This document shows positions 24,255 through 45,468 of a stretch of 64,000 nt of DNA, piece after piece. The notes under the pieces are model-generated. The model was not told the origin of the DNA and ran no database searches. It was given only the letters and a program-made list of their open reading frames with translations. Every line of letters begins with the position of its first letter. Position 1 is the stretch's first letter. Source of the stretch: Eledone cirrhosa (lineage: Eukaryota). Position numbers and translations under genes: made by a program. The stretch covers positions 92,194,001 to 92,258,000 of the forward strand of contig OZ024744.1 of NCBI GenBank assembly GCA_964016885.1. The letters run 5' to 3'.

Positions 24255-24735
24255 TCTTTATTGGCCGTAAGGGTTGAAATATGTAGGACAATATAAAAGA
24301 CAAGGGACAGTGGGTGGATGGGTGGGGCGTTCTTACATAAAATCGTATAAAAATTATAACAATACAATAGTAACTATATATATATATTCCCCAGGTGCCG
24401 GGAGTACCACCCAGGGGTGACTTTGGAGCCCCCACATATCCTAAGCCACCCCTACTCTACTAGAACACCCTATTGGAGGAGCAGGAGCACCTCTCCTCTC
24501 TATACTCTCTATTTCAAAGGCACATGGTCAGTGTAAGCCCATTCACTCAGGCCTTACTTGCTACATTCACCCAGGCTCACTATGACAGCACTTCCATGTC
24601 TGTAGATTTTGTCCCAAACTGGCAGTGCTCCCCGGTAACACTGTCAAGTCAGGGATTTCTGGAAGTTATCCGTAGACCCTGGCTTAAAAGTTGTCCGGAA
24701 CAGACTGGTCAGTTCAACTTTGTCAGCTTCCGCTT
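24255..24735 (-). mobile_element. Old, internally deleted 3' fragment of the same Tx1-like family
   Basis: TTCTTTATTGGCC 3' end. CTGTAGATTTTGTCCCAAACTGG..TGGAAGTTATCC..GAACAGACTGGTCAGTT matches 15016-15130. Confidence 0.7.
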
Positions 24736-24743
24736 TTCTAAAG

Positions 24744-26098
24744 TTAATCCTTTAGTGTTTACATTACTTTCTATATATACTAATGTATTTTTGTATTAAA
24801 GGCTTTATCTTACATAATTATCTCACATAATGTCTAATCTATGAGATTTTGATGCTATTTATTTTGAGAACAATACCTTAATGTCAGTTTGAGCAGCCAG
24901 TTATGGCCAGTTTGAACCATAACTTTTAGAAAACCATAGGCAGAGTATTTTATTAGAAATATGGTGACAAAAGGGTTAACCCTTTAGCATTTAAACCGGC
25001 CATATCCAGCTAGAATTCTCTAACCCCCTTTTGATCAAACTGGTCATAACCATTCACAATGACATCAAGGTATTGTTCTCAAAATAAATAATATAAAGTC
25101 TCATAGATTCAATATTATGTGAGATAATTATGTGAAGTAAAGCCTTTACCACAAAAATACAATAGTACACTTAAGGTAACGTAAATACTAAAGGGTTAAA
25201 GTATTTATATTTATCTAAAAACCTTCCATCACAATTTATGTTAGAACTTTTGTTAAGTTACATTCCAGGCGCTAGCTAAATAATATATGGTAACTAAAGG
25301 GTTAAAGTGTTTATATTTATCTAAAAATTTTCCATCATAATTTTATATAAGAACCATTGTTAAGTTATGTTCCAGCCACTAGCTTAATAAATAAGAAATT
25401 TAGTCATATAACTAACTCCCTCCAAATTTTCCATCATAATTTGATATAAGAACCTTTGTTAAGTAACGTTCCAGGCACCAGCTAAATAACAAGAAAATCA
25501 TATTAATAAATCTCTTCAAATTCTTTAGAAAGCCATAGCAGTGTCTTTTATTAGAAATATGGTGACAAAAGGGTTAAAGTGTTTATAGTTATCTAAAAAC
25601 CTTTCATCATTATTTTATGTAAGAACCTTTGTTAAGTTATGTTCCAAGCACCAGGTAAATAACGGAATATTAATAAATCATTTCAAATTCTTTAAGAACC
25701 ACAGACTGTCTTTCAATAGAAATATGGTGACAAAAGGGTTAAAGTGTTTATATTTATCTAAATACATTCCACCATAATTTATATAAGAACCATTGTTAAG
25801 TTACGTTCCAGGCACCAGCTAAATAACAAGAAAGTCATATTAGTAAATCACTTCAAATCTTTAAAGAAAACCACAGGCAGTGTCTTTTATTAGAAATATG
25901 GTGACAAAAAGGGTTAAAGTGTTTATATTTATCTAAAAACCTTTCATCATAAGTTTATATAAGAACCATTGTTAAGCTATGTTCCATGTTCCAGGCACCA
26001 GCTAAATAACGAGAAAGTCATATTAATAAATCCTTTCAAATTCTTTAGAAAACCATAGGCAGTGTCTTTTATTAGAAGCATGGCAACGAAAGGGTTAA
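24744..26098. mobile_element. TTAA-bounded (piggyBac-like) MITE pair and derived ~170-180-bp tandem array
   Basis: Termini TTAACCCTTT/AAAGGGTTAA. 24744-24980 and 24977-25199 are in inverted orientation. Later units end in GAAATATGGTGACAAAAGGGTTAA. Confidence 0.6.
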
Positions 26099-26218
26099 TG
26101 GAATAGAAAGAGCTGTCAAAGAAATAATGAAATGAGACAAGCGAAGACAACATTTATTAGTGTGTCAAGATCTGCTGAACCCAACACACTCAGTCAGATC
26201 TGGAATCTTGGATCAAAT

Positions 26219-29200
26219 ATTAATACACATATGTACACATGTACTCACGCACACATGTACACGTACACACATATAATACACACATGTACACATGTACTCA
26301 CGCACACATGTACACGTACACACATATAATACACATATGTACACATGTACTCACGCACACATGTACACGTACACACATATAATACACATATGTACACATG
26401 TACTCACGCACACATGTACACGTACACACATATAATACACATATGTACACATGTACTCACGCACACATGTACACGTACACACATATAATACACATATGTA
26501 CACATGTACTCACGCACACATGTACACGTACACACATATAATACACATATGTACACATGTACTCACGCACACATGTACACGTACACACATTTAATACACA
26601 TATGTACACATGTACTCACGCACACATGTACACGTACACACATATAATACACATATGTACACATGTACTCACGCACACATGTACACGTACACACATATAA
26701 TACACATATCTACACATGTACTCACGCACACATGTACACGTACACACATATAATACACATATGTACACATGTACTCACGCACACATGTACACGTACACAC
26801 ATATAATACACACATGTACACATGTACTCACGCACACATGTACACGTACACACATATAATACACATATGTACACATGTACTCACGCACACATGTACACGT
26901 ACACACATATAATACACACATGTACACATGTACTCACGCACACATGTACACGTACACACATATAATACACATATGTACACATGTACTCACGCACACATGT
27001 ACACGTACACACATATAATACACATATGTACACATGTACTCACGCACACATGTACACGTACACACATATAATACACACATGTACACATGTACTCACGCAC
27101 ACATGTACACGTACACACATATAATACACATATGTACACATGTACTCACGCACACATGTACACGTACACACATATAATACACACATGTACACATGTACTC
27201 ACGCACACATGTACACGTACACACATATAATACACATATGTACACATGTACTCACGCACACATGTACACGTACACACATATAATACACATATGTACACAT
27301 GTACTTACGCACACATGTACACGTACACACATATAATACACATATGTACACATGTACTCACGCACATATGTACACGTACACACATATAATACACATATCT
27401 ACACATGTACTCACGCACACATGTACACATATATAATACACATATGTACACATGTACTCACGCACACATGTACACGTACACACATATAATACACATATCT
27501 ACACATGTACTCTCGCACACATGTACACGTACACACATATAATACACACATGTACACATGTACTCACGCACACATGTACACGTACACACATATAATACAC
27601 ATATGTACACATGTACTCACGCACACATGTACACGTACAGACATATAATACACATATGTACACATGTACTCACGCACACATGTACACGTACACACATATA
27701 ATACACATATGTACACATGTACTCACGCACACATGTACACGTACACACATATAATACACATATCTACACATGTACTCACGCACACATGTACACACATATA
27801 ATACACATGTGTACACATGTACTCACGCACACATGTACACGTACACACATATAATACACATATGTACACATGTACTCACGCACACATGTACACGTACACA
27901 CATATAATACACATATGTACACATGTACTCACGCACACATGTACACGTACACACATATAATACACACATGTACACATGTACTCACGCACACATGTACACG
28001 TACACACATATAATACACACATGTACACATGTACTCACGCACACATGTACACGTACACACATATAATACACACATGTACACATGTACTCACGCACACATG
28101 TACACGTACACACATATAATACACACATGTACACATGTACTCGCGCACACATGTACACGTACACACATATAATACACACATGTACACATGTACTCACGTA
28201 CACATGTACACGTACACACATATAATACACATATGTACACATGTACTCACGCACACATGTACACGTACACACATATAATACACATATGTACACATGTACT
28301 CACGCACACATGTACACGTACACACATATAATACACATATGTACACATGTACTCACGCACACATGTACACGTACACACATATAATACACAGATGTACACA
28401 TGTACTCACGCACACATATACACGTACACACATATAATACACATATGTACACATGTACTCACGCACACATGTACACGTACACACATATAATACACATATG
28501 TACACATGTACTCACGCACACATGTACACGTACACACATATAATACACATATGTACACATGTACTCACGCACACATGTACATGTACACATACACACATAT
28601 AATACACATATGTACACATGTACTCACGCACACATATACACGTACACACATATAATACACAGATGTACACATGTACTCACGCACACATATACACGTACAC
28701 ACATATAATACACATATGTACACATGTACTCACGCACACATGTACACGTACACACATATAATACACATATGTACACATGTACTCACGCACACATGTACAC
28801 GTACACACATATAATACACATATGTACACATGTACTCACGCACACATGTACACGTACACACATATAATACACATATGTACACATGTACTCACGCACACAT
28901 GTACACGTACACACATATAATACACACATGTACACATATACTCACGCACACATGTACACGTACACACATATAATACACACATGTACACATGTACTCACGC
29001 ACACATGTACATGTACACACATATAATACACACATGTACACATGTACTCACGCACACATGTACACGTACACACATATAATACACACATGTACACATGTAT
29101 TCACGCACACATGTACACGTACACACATATAATACACATATGTAGACATGTACTCACGCACACATGTACACGTACACACATATAATACACATATGTACAC

Positions 29201-32200
29201 ATGTACTCACGCACACATGTACACGTACACACATATAATACACATATGTACACATGTACTCACGCACACATGTACACACATATAATACACATGTGTACAC
29301 ATGTACTCACGCACACATGTACACGTACACACATATAATACACATATCTACACATGTACTCACGCACACATGTACTCGTACACACATATAATACACATAT
29401 CTACACATGTACTCACGCACACATGTACACGTACACACATATAATACACATATGTACACATGTACTCACGCACACATGTACACGTACACACATATAATAC
29501 ACACATGTACACATGTACTCACGCGCACATGTACACGTACACACATATAATACACACATGTACACATGTACTCACGCACACATGTACACGTACACACATA
29601 TAATACACATATCTACACATGTACTCACGCACACATGTACACGTACACACATATAATACACACATGTACACATGTACTCACGCACACATGTACACGTACA
29701 CACATATAATACACATATGTACACATGTACTCACGCACACATGTACACGTACACACATATAATACACATATGTACACATGTACTCACGCACACATGTACA
29801 CACATATAATACACATGTGTACACATGTACTCACGCACACATGTACACGTACACACATATAATACACATATCTACACATGTACTCACGCACACATGTACA
29901 CGTACACACATATAATACACATATCTACACATGTACTCACGCACACATGTACACGTACACACATATAGTACACATATGTACACATGTACTCACGCACACA
30001 TGTACACGTACACACATATAATACACACATGTACACATGTACTCACGCGCACATGTACACGTACACACATATAATACACACATGTACACATGTACTCACG
30101 CACACATGTACACGTACACACATATAATACACATATCTACACATGTACTCACGCACACATGTACACGTACACACATATAATACACATATCTACACATGTA
30201 CTCACGCACACATGTACACACATATAATACACATATGTACACATGTACTCACGCACACATGTACACGTACACACATATAATACACATATCTACACATGTA
30301 CTCACGCACACATGTACACGTACACACATATAATACACATATGTACACGTACACACATATAATACACATATGTACACATGTACTCACGCACACATGTACA
30401 CACATATAATACACATGTGTACACATGTACTCACGCACACATGTACACGTACACACATATAATACACATATCTACACATGTAATCACGCACACATGTACT
30501 CGTACACACATATAATACACATATCTACACATGTACTCACGCACACATGTACACGTACACACATATAATACACATATGTACACATGTACTCACGCACACA
30601 TGTACACGTACACACATATAATACACACATGTACACATGTACTCACGCGCACATGTACACGTACACACATATAATACACACATGTACACATGTACTCACG
30701 CACACATGTACACGTACACACATATAATACACATATCTACACATGTACTCACGCACACATGTACACGTACACACATATAATACACACATGTACACATGTA
30801 CTCACGCACACATGTACACGTACACACATATAATACACATATGTACACATGTACTCACGCACACATGTACACGTACACACATATAATACACATATGTACA
30901 CATGTACTCACGCACACATGTACACACATATAATACACATGTGTACACATGTACTCACGCACACATGTACACGTACACACATATAATACACATATCTACA
31001 CATGTACTCACGCACACATGTACACGTACACACATATAATACACATATCTACACATGTACTCACGCACACATGTACACGTACACACATATAATACACATA
31101 TGTACACATGTACTCACGCACACATGTACACGTACACACATATAATACACACATGTACACATGTACTCACGCGCACATGTACACGTACACACATATAATA
31201 CACACATGTACACATGTACTCACGCACACATGTACACGTACACACATATAATACACATATCTACACATGTACTCACGCACACATGTACACGTACACACAT
31301 ATAATACACATATCTACACATGTACTCACGCACACATGTACACGTACACACATATAATACACATATCTACACATGTACTCACGCACACATGTACACACAT
31401 ATAATACACATATGTACACATGTACTCACGCACACATGTACACGTACACACATATAATACACATATCTACACATGTACTCACGCACACATGTACACACAT
31501 ATAATACACATATGTACACATGTACTCACGCACACATGTACACGTACACACATATAATACACATATCTACACATGTACTCACGCACACATGTACACGTAC
31601 ACACATATAATACACATATGTACACATGTACTCACGCACACATGTACACGTACACACATATAATACACACATGTACACATGTACTCACGCACACATGTAC
31701 ACGTACACACATATAATACACACATGTACACATGTACTCACGCACACATGTACACGTACACACATATAATACACATATCTACACATGTACTCACGCACAC
31801 ATGTACACGTACACACATATAATACACATATGTACACATGTACTCACGCACACATGTACACGTACACACATATAATACACACATGTACACATGTACTCAC
31901 GCACACATGTACACACATATAATACACATATGTACACATGTACTCACGCACACATGTACACGTACACACATATAATACACATACACACGTACACACATAT
32001 AATGCACATATGTACACATGTACTCACGCACACATGTACACGTACACACATATAATACACATATGTACACATGTACTCACGCACACATGTACACGTACAC
32101 ACATATAATACACATATGTACACATGTACTCACGCACACATGTACACGTACACACATATAATACACATATGTACACATGTACTCACGCACACATGTACAC

Positions 32201-35200
32201 GTACACACATATAATACACATATGTACACATGTACTCACGCACACATGTACACGTACACACATTTAATACACATATGTACACATGTACTCACGCACACAT
32301 GTACACGTACACACATATAATACACATATGTACACATGTACTCACGCACACATGTACACGTACACACATATAATACACATATCTACACATGTACTCACGC
32401 ACACATGTACACGTACACACATATAATACACATATGTACACATGTACTCACGCACACATGTACACGTACACACATATAATACACACATGTACACATGTAC
32501 TCACGCACACATGTACACGTACACACATATAATACACATATGTACACATGTACTCACGCACACATGTACACGTACACACATATAATACACACATGTACAC
32601 ATGTACTCACGCACACATGTACACGTACACACATATAATACACATATGTACACATGTACTCACGCACACATGTACACGTACACACATATAATACACATAT
32701 GTACACATGTACTCACGCACACATGTACACGTACACACATATAATACACACATGTACACATGTACTCACGCACACATGTACACGTACACACATATAATAC
32801 ACATATGTACACATGTACTCACGCACACATGTACACGTACACACATATAATACACACATGTACACATGTACTCACGCACACATGTACACGTACACACATA
32901 TAATACACATATGTACACATGTACTCACGCACACATGTACACGTACACACATATAATACACATATGTACACATGTACTTACGCACACATGTACACGTACA
33001 CACATATAATACACATATGTACACATGTACTCACGCACATATGTACACGTACACACATATAATACACATATCTACACATGTACTCACGCACACATGTACA
33101 CATATATAATACACATATGTACACATGTACTCACGCACACATGTACACGTACACACATATAATACACATATCTACACATGTACTCTCGCACACATGTACA
33201 CGTACACACATATAATACACACATGTACACATGTACTCACGCACACATGTACACGTACACACATATAATACACATATGTACACATGTACTCACGCACACA
33301 TGTACACGTACAGACATATAATACACATATGTACACATGTACTCACGCACACATGTACACGTACACACATATAATACACATATGTACACATGTACTCACG
33401 CACACATGTACACGTACACACATATAATACACATATCTACACATGTACTCACGCACACATGTACACACATATAATACACATGTGTACACATGTACTCACG
33501 CACACATGTACACGTACACACATATAATACACATATGTACACATGTACTCACGCACACATGTACACGTACACACATATAATACACATATGTACACATGTA
33601 CTCACGCACACATGTACACGTACACACATATAATACACACATGTACACATGTACTCACGCACACATGTACACGTACACACATATAATACACACATGTACA
33701 CATGTACTCACGCACACATGTACACGTACACACATATAATACACACATGTACACATGTACTCACGCACACATGTACACGTACACACATATAATACACACA
33801 TGTACACATGTACTCGCGCACACATGTACACGTACACACATATAATACACACATGTACACATGTACTCACGTACACATGTACACGTACACACATATAATA
33901 CACATATGTACACATGTACTCACGCACACATGTACACGTACACACATATAATACACATATGTACACATGTACTCACGCACACATGTACACGTACACACAT
34001 ATAATACACATATGTACACATGTACTCACGCACACATGTACACGTACACACATATAATACACAGATGTACACATGTACTCACGCACACATATACACGTAC
34101 ACACATATAATACACATATGTACACATGTACTCACGCACACATGTACACGTACACACATATAATACACATATGTACACATGTACTCACGCACACATGTAC
34201 ACGTACACACATATAATACACATATGTACACATGTACTCACGCACACATGTACATGTACACATACACACATATAATACACATATGTACACATGTACTCAC
34301 GCACACATATACACGTACACACATATAATACACAGATGTACACATGTACTCACGCACACATATACACGTACACACATATAATACACATATGTACACATGT
34401 ACTCACGCACACATGTACACGTACACACATATAATACACATATGTACACATGTACTCACGCACACATGTACACGTACACACATATAATACACATATGTAC
34501 ACATGTACTCACGCACACATGTACACGTACACACATATAATACACATATGTACACATGTACTCACGCACACATGTACACGTACACACATATAATACACAC
34601 ATGTACACATATACTCACGCACACATGTACACGTACACACATATAATACACACATGTACACATGTACTCACGCACACATGTACATGTACACACATATAAT
34701 ACACACATGTACACATGTACTCACGCACACATGTACACGTACACACATATAATACACACATGTACACATGTATTCACGCACACATGTACACGTACACACA
34801 TATAATACACATATGTAGACATGTACTCACGCACACATGTACACGTACACACATATAATACACATATGTACACATGTACTCACGCACACATGTACACGTA
34901 CACACATATAATACACATATGTACACATGTACTCACGCACACATGTACACACATATAATACACATGTGTACACATGTACTCACGCACACATGTACACGTA
35001 CACACATATAATACACATATCTACACATGTACTCACGCACACATGTACTCGTACACACATATAATACACATATCTACACATGTACTCACGCACACATGTA
35101 CACGTACACACATATAATACACATATGTACACATGTACTCACGCACACATGTACACGTACACACATATAATACACACATGTACACATGTACTCACGCGCA

Positions 35201-38200
35201 CATGTACACGTACACACATATAATACACACATGTACACATGTACTCACGCACACATGTACACGTACACACATATAATACACATATCTACACATGTACTCA
35301 CGCACACATGTACACGTACACACATATAATACACACATGTACACATGTACTCACGCACACATGTACACGTACACACATATAATACACATATGTACACATG
35401 TACTCACGCACACATGTACACGTACACACATATAATACACATATGTACACATGTACTCACGCACACATGTACACACATATAATACACATGTGTACACATG
35501 TACTCACGCACACATGTACACGTACACACATATAATACACATATCTACACATGTACTCACGCACACATGTACACGTACACACATATAATACACATATCTA
35601 CACATGTACTCACGCACACATGTACACGTACACACATATAGTACACATATGTACACATGTACTCACGCACACATGTACACGTACACACATATAATACACA
35701 CATGTACACATGTACTCACGCGCACATGTACACGTACACACATATAATACACACATGTACACATGTACTCACGCACACATGTACACGTACACACATATAA
35801 TACACATATCTACACATGTACTCACGCACACATGTACACGTACACACATATAATACACATATCTACACATGTACTCACGCACACATGTACACACATATAA
35901 TACACATATGTACACATGTACTCACGCACACATGTACACGTACACACATATAATACACATATCTACACATGTACTCACGCACACATGTACACGTACACAC
36001 ATATAATACACATATGTACACGTACACACATATAATACACATATGTACACATGTACTCACGCACACATGTACACACATATAATACACATGTGTACACATG
36101 TACTCACGCACACATGTACACGTACACACATATAATACACATATCTACACATGTAATCACGCACACATGTACTCGTACACACATATAATACACATATCTA
36201 CACATGTACTCACGCACACATGTACACGTACACACATATAATACACATATGTACACATGTACTCACGCACACATGTACACGTACACACATATAATACACA
36301 CATGTACACATGTACTCACGCGCACATGTACACGTACACACATATAATACACACATGTACACATGTACTCACGCACACATGTACACGTACACACATATAA
36401 TACACATATCTACACATGTACTCACGCACACATGTACACGTACACACATATAATACACACATGTACACATGTACTCACGCACACATGTACACGTACACAC
36501 ATATAATACACATATGTACACATGTACTCACGCACACATGTACACGTACACACATATAATACACATATGTACACATGTACTCACGCACACATGTACACAC
36601 ATATAATACACATGTGTACACATGTACTCACGCACACATGTACACGTACACACATATAATACACATATCTACACATGTACTCACGCACACATGTACACGT
36701 ACACACATATAATACACATATCTACACATGTACTCACGCACACATGTACACGTACACACATATAATACACATATGTACACATGTACTCACGCACACATGT
36801 ACACGTACACACATATAATACACACATGTACACATGTACTCACGCGCACATGTACACGTACACACATATAATACACACATGTACACATGTACTCACGCAC
36901 ACATGTACACGTACACACATATAATACACATATCTACACATGTACTCACGCACACATGTACACGTACACACATATAATACACATATCTACACATGTACTC
37001 ACGCACACATGTACACGTACACACATATAATACACATATCTACACATGTACTCACGCACACATGTACACACATATAATACACATATGTACACATGTACTC
37101 ACGCACACATGTACACGTACACACATATAATACACATATCTACACATGTACTCACGCACACATGTACACACATATAATACACATATGTACACATGTACTC
37201 ACGCACACATGTACACGTACACACATATAATACACATATCTACACATGTACTCACGCACACATGTACACGTACACACATATAATACACATATGTACACAT
37301 GTACTCACGCACACATGTACACGTACACACATATAATACACACATGTACACATGTACTCACGCACACATGTACACGTACACACATATAATACACACATGT
37401 ACACATGTACTCACGCACACATGTACACGTACACACATATAATACACATATCTACACATGTACTCACGCACACATGTACACGTACACACATATAATACAC
37501 ATATGTACACATGTACTCACGCACACATGTACACGTACACACATATAATACACACATGTACACATGTACTCACGCACACATGTACACACATATAATACAC
37601 ATATGTACACATGTACTCACGCACACATGTACACGTACACACATATAATACACATACACACGTACACACATATAATGCACATATGTACACATGTACTCAC
37701 GCACACATGTACACGTACACACATATAATACACATATGTACACATGTACTCACGCACACATATACACGTACACACATATAATACACATATCTACACATGT
37801 ACTCACGCACACATGTACACGTACACACATATAATACACATATCTACACATGTACTCACGCACACATGTACACGTACACACATATAATACACATATGTAC
37901 ACATGTACTCACGCACACATGTACACGTACACACATATAATACACATATCTACACATGTACTCACGCACACATGTACACGTACACACATATAATACACAT
38001 ATGTACACATGTACTCACGCACACATGTACACGTACACACATATAATACACATATGTACACATGTACTCACGCACACATGTACACACATATAATACACAT
38101 ATGTACACATGTACTCACGCACACATGTACATGTACACATACACACATATAATACACATATGTACACATGTACTCACGCACACACGTACACACATATAAT

Positions 38201-38526
38201 ACACATATGTACACATGTACTCACGCACACATGTACACACATATAATACACATATGTACACATGTACTCACGCACACATGTACACGTACACACATATAAT
38301 ACACATATCTACACATGTACTCACGCACACATGTACACGTACACACATATAATACACATATCTACACATGTACTCACGCACACATGTACACACATATAAT
38401 ACACATATGTACACATGTACTCACGCACACATGTACACGTACACACATATAATACACACATGTACACATGTACTCACGTACACATGTACACGTACACACA
38501 TATAATACACATATGTACACATGTAC
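26219..38526. repeat. 53-bp satellite (ACACATATGTACACATGTACTCACGCACACATGTACACGTACACACATATAAT) with 5673-bp higher-order duplication
   Basis: Unit period is 53. Rare variants recur at +5673 (CATTTAAT at 26588 and 32261; identical ORFs at 27982/33655 and 30202/35875). Confidence 0.96.
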
Positions 38527-40100
38527 AAGTATATATATATATACACACGTACAGACATGTATATATACATACATATACACACATATATACACACACATAT
38601 ACACACACATATACACACATGCATAGATACCCAAAGGTGCACATACACACATGTACACACAAACACAAATAAACACGCACTCATACACATACGCACATAC
38701 GCCAACACCACACACACACACACACTCACACATGCACATACACACATTTACTCATACACACCTACATACCTACACACACATATATTCATACACACACACA
38801 TATGTACACACATAATACAATACATACACACATATACACACACATATATACACATACATAGATACCCAAAGACACATGTATACACACACACACACACAAC
38901 ACATACACACATATACACACACAGCACACATGTACATTCACGTACAGACATATATATATATACACACATATATACACATGCATAGATACCCAAAGGTGCA
39001 CATACACACATGTACACACACACATACACACACACACAGCACACATGTACATACACACGCAAAAGTGCACATACATATACATCCATACACACATATACCG
39101 ACATACACACACACACATGCATACACAACACAAACAATACACACACATACATACACTCACACACATGCATACACAACACAAACATACACATACACATACA
39201 CGCACACACATAAGCACATACAATACACATACAGCCACTCAGTCACATATTCACGCACACCACACAAACACACACAGCCACACATCACATACACACACAC
39301 ACACACAATCACGCACACATGCAAATCTACACACACATTCTCACCAGACACACATACAGCACACACACACATACACACACACACAATCACATACACATGC
39401 CCACCTACACACACATTCTCATCAGCCACATACACCTCCACACACACAGCCACACACACGCACACACACCACACACACAAACACACACACTGCACACATA
39501 CACACCCACACACACATACACACACACACACAATCACACACCCACATGCCCACCTACACATACATTATCATCAGACCAGACACACACACAATACACATAC
39601 ACACATACACATACACTCAAACGCATGCATACACAAACACACACATAAACACAAGCACACACATACATACACGCACACGCATAGGCACAATAACATACAC
39701 CCACCCAGACACAGATTCACGCAAACACCACACACACACACTTACACACAAACATTACATACACCCACACACACATCACATACACACGCACCACGCACAT
39801 ACATTACGCACAAAATCACACACATGCACCTACACACACATTCTTATCAGACATACCTAGACCACACACATACACCCACACACACACATACACACACACA
39901 TACACACACTTGCACAAAGGCACCTACACGCACATTCTCATCAGACACACATACACCACACACATACACACACACAATCACACAAACACACATCACATAC
40001 ACATACCACACACATATACAGACACATACACACCACACACACATACACACACCACACACACACACACAGTTGCACCTACACACACATTCTTATCAGACAT
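38527..40100. repeat. Degenerate (CA)n-rich tract with local duplications
   Basis: AGATACCCAAAG recurs 3 times and CACATTCT(C/T)ATCAGAC recurs in a CA background. Confidence 0.85.
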
Positions 40101-40453
40101 GTTCAAAGAAGCTGAAAATAAAACAAAGCCTATTCTTCTTCTTCTTCTTCTTCTTCTTCTTCTTCTTCTTCTTCTTCTTCTTCTTCTTCTTCTTCTTTGG
40201 CTCCTCTAGTCCAATCCAATGAAAATGAAATGTGAATACATGTACATGCACATGCACTTGTACATGTACATGTACAAGTGCATGTGCATGCACTTCCATT
40301 ACAGCATCATTGCACATGCACTCGCATTTGTACATTTATTGCACATGTCAACATGCATTGCATATAATCGCCGAACGTGCAACATGGTACTGATTACTGC
40401 ACCATGTCGCTCACAGAACATGCTGCATAACCTTCAATTTGAACTGACAAATG

Positions 40454-40465
40454 TAACAACAACAA

Positions 40466-40496
<31 letters not shown>

Positions 40497-40529
40497 AACA
40501 ACAACAACAGCAGCAGCAGCAGCAGCAGC

Positions 40530-40576
<47 letters not shown>

Positions 40577-40610
40577 CTGCAACAACAACAAAAGCAGCAG
40601 CAGCAGCAGC

Positions 40611-40662
<52 letters not shown>

Positions 40663-40670
40663 GCAACAGC

Positions 40671-40718
<48 letters not shown>

Positions 40719-40907
40719 AACAACAACAACAGCAACAACAACAAAAGCAGCAACAGCAGCAGCAACAACAACAACAACAGCAACAACAACAACAACAACA
40801 AAAGCAGCAGCAGCAGCAACAACAACAACAGCAACAACATCAACAACAACAACAACAGCAGCAGCAGCAGCAACAACAACAACAACAACAACAGCAGCAG
40901 CAGCAGC

Positions 40908-40949
<42 letters not shown>

Positions 40950-41174
40950 AGTAACAACAACAACAACAACAGTAACAACAACAACAACAACAGCAACAAC
41001 AACAACAACAACAACAACAATAGTAACAACAACAACAACAACAGTAACAACAACAACAACAACAACAACAACAATAGTAACAACAACAACAACAACAGTA
41101 ACAACAACAACAACAACAGCAACAACAACAACAACAACAACAGTAACAACAACAACAACAACAACAGCAACAGT

Positions 41175-41211
<37 letters not shown>

Positions 41212-41213
41212 GC

Positions 41214-41244
<31 letters not shown>

Positions 41245-41261
41245 GTAACAACAACAACAGC

Positions 41262-41304
<43 letters not shown>

Positions 41305-41384
41305 GTAACAACAACAACAACAACAACAGCAACAACAACAACAGCAACAACAGTAACAACAACAACAACAACAACAGCAACAGT

Positions 41385-41418
<34 letters not shown>

Positions 41419-41432
41419 GTAACAACAACAGT

Positions 41433-41493
<61 letters not shown>

Positions 41494-41600
41494 GCAACAA
41501 CAACAGCAACAACAACAACAGCAACAGCAACAACAGTAACAACAACAGTAACAACAACAGCAACAACAACAACAACAGCAACAACAACAACAACAACAGC

Positions 41601-41664
<64 letters not shown>

Positions 41665-41762
41665 GCAGCAGCAGCAGCAACAACAACAACAACAACAAAA
41701 ACAATAACAACAACAACAGAGGCAACAAGAACACCTGAAGCAGCAAGAAGAACAACAACAGC

Positions 41763-41796
<34 letters not shown>

Positions 41797-41981
41797 GCAA
41801 CAACAACAACAACAACAACAACAACAAAAGTAACAACAACAAAAACAACAGTAACAACAACAACAGCAACAACAACAACAACAACAACAACAGTAACAAC
41901 AACAACAACAACAACAGCAACAGTAACAACAACAACAACAACAACAACAGCAACAACAACAACAACAGCAACAACAACAGT

Positions 41982-42012
<31 letters not shown>

Positions 42013-42017
42013 CCATC

Positions 42018-42054
<37 letters not shown>

Positions 42055-42277
42055 CCAACATCAACAACAACAACAACACCACCATCAACAACAACACCTC
42101 CACCAACACCACGAACAATACCAACAACACCACCGACACCATCTCCCCCACCAACACCGCCACCAACAACAACAACAACACCACCACTATACCTTCACCA
42201 ACAACAACAACAACAACACCACTAACACCACCACCACCACCACCACCACCAATAACAACAACAACAACGCCACTATC

Positions 42278-42309
<32 letters not shown>

Positions 42310-42383
42310 CAACAACAGCGCCACCACCACCACCACCACCACCACCACCACTACCACCACCACCAACAACAACACCAACAACA
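40454..42383. repeat. ~1.9-kb (CAA)n/(CAG)n/(CAC)n trinucleotide array
   Basis: Direct reading. Confidence 0.95.
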
Positions 42384-43019
42384 TTTCATAATGGCTTGAT
42401 AATTATATTGCTTTCACTTGTTGCTCCGTCTGATACACAAAGAAAAAACATGTTTAAAAAAAAAAATTCTCTAAAAAAATTCTCCAGAAATTTTCTCTCC
42501 CAAAAAAATTCTTCCTGGAAAAATTTCTAGATAAAAAAAATTTCCATAAAAGTTTCCCCAAAATTTCACAAAAAAAATCTCCACCCCTCCCCCTTCCGAA
42601 ATAAATATAGAAAATAAAAAAAAATAAAAAAAAAATAAAATTAAATTAAAAAAAGAAGATATTAAATATACTAGGCTTCTTTTCAATTCAATTAAGATAA
42701 TGGGATGTTCCATTCTTTTCAATTACATAATGGGATCTTCCCATGTTTGGCCCTTTTTACTTTTCTTCTGAAACTTTTGTTTGTTTAAACCCCCCAAAAA
42801 AAGTTAAAACAACAAATAGAAAAAATAAAACAAAAAAGGGGGTGGGGGTGAGAAACAGGTAAGAAAAATAAGAATGGGAGGTGGGGTGGGGTGGTGGTGG
42901 ATGTGGTGGTGGTTGAGTGGGGAGAATAGGGAAAAGATAGTGTGGATGTGGCTGTTGGAGTGGGGTGGCGCTGAGGTGGGGTGGGTGGGAATGTGATGGG
43001 AAAGAGAAAGAGAAGAAGA

Positions 43020-45468
<2,449 letters not shown>

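Noticed and set aside
40219-42225. 668-aa Thr-rich mucin-like ORF (and antisense poly-Leu ORF)
   Set aside because: It is the translation of a (CAA)n array. Nearly every codon ends in A, there is no domain, and several frames are open.
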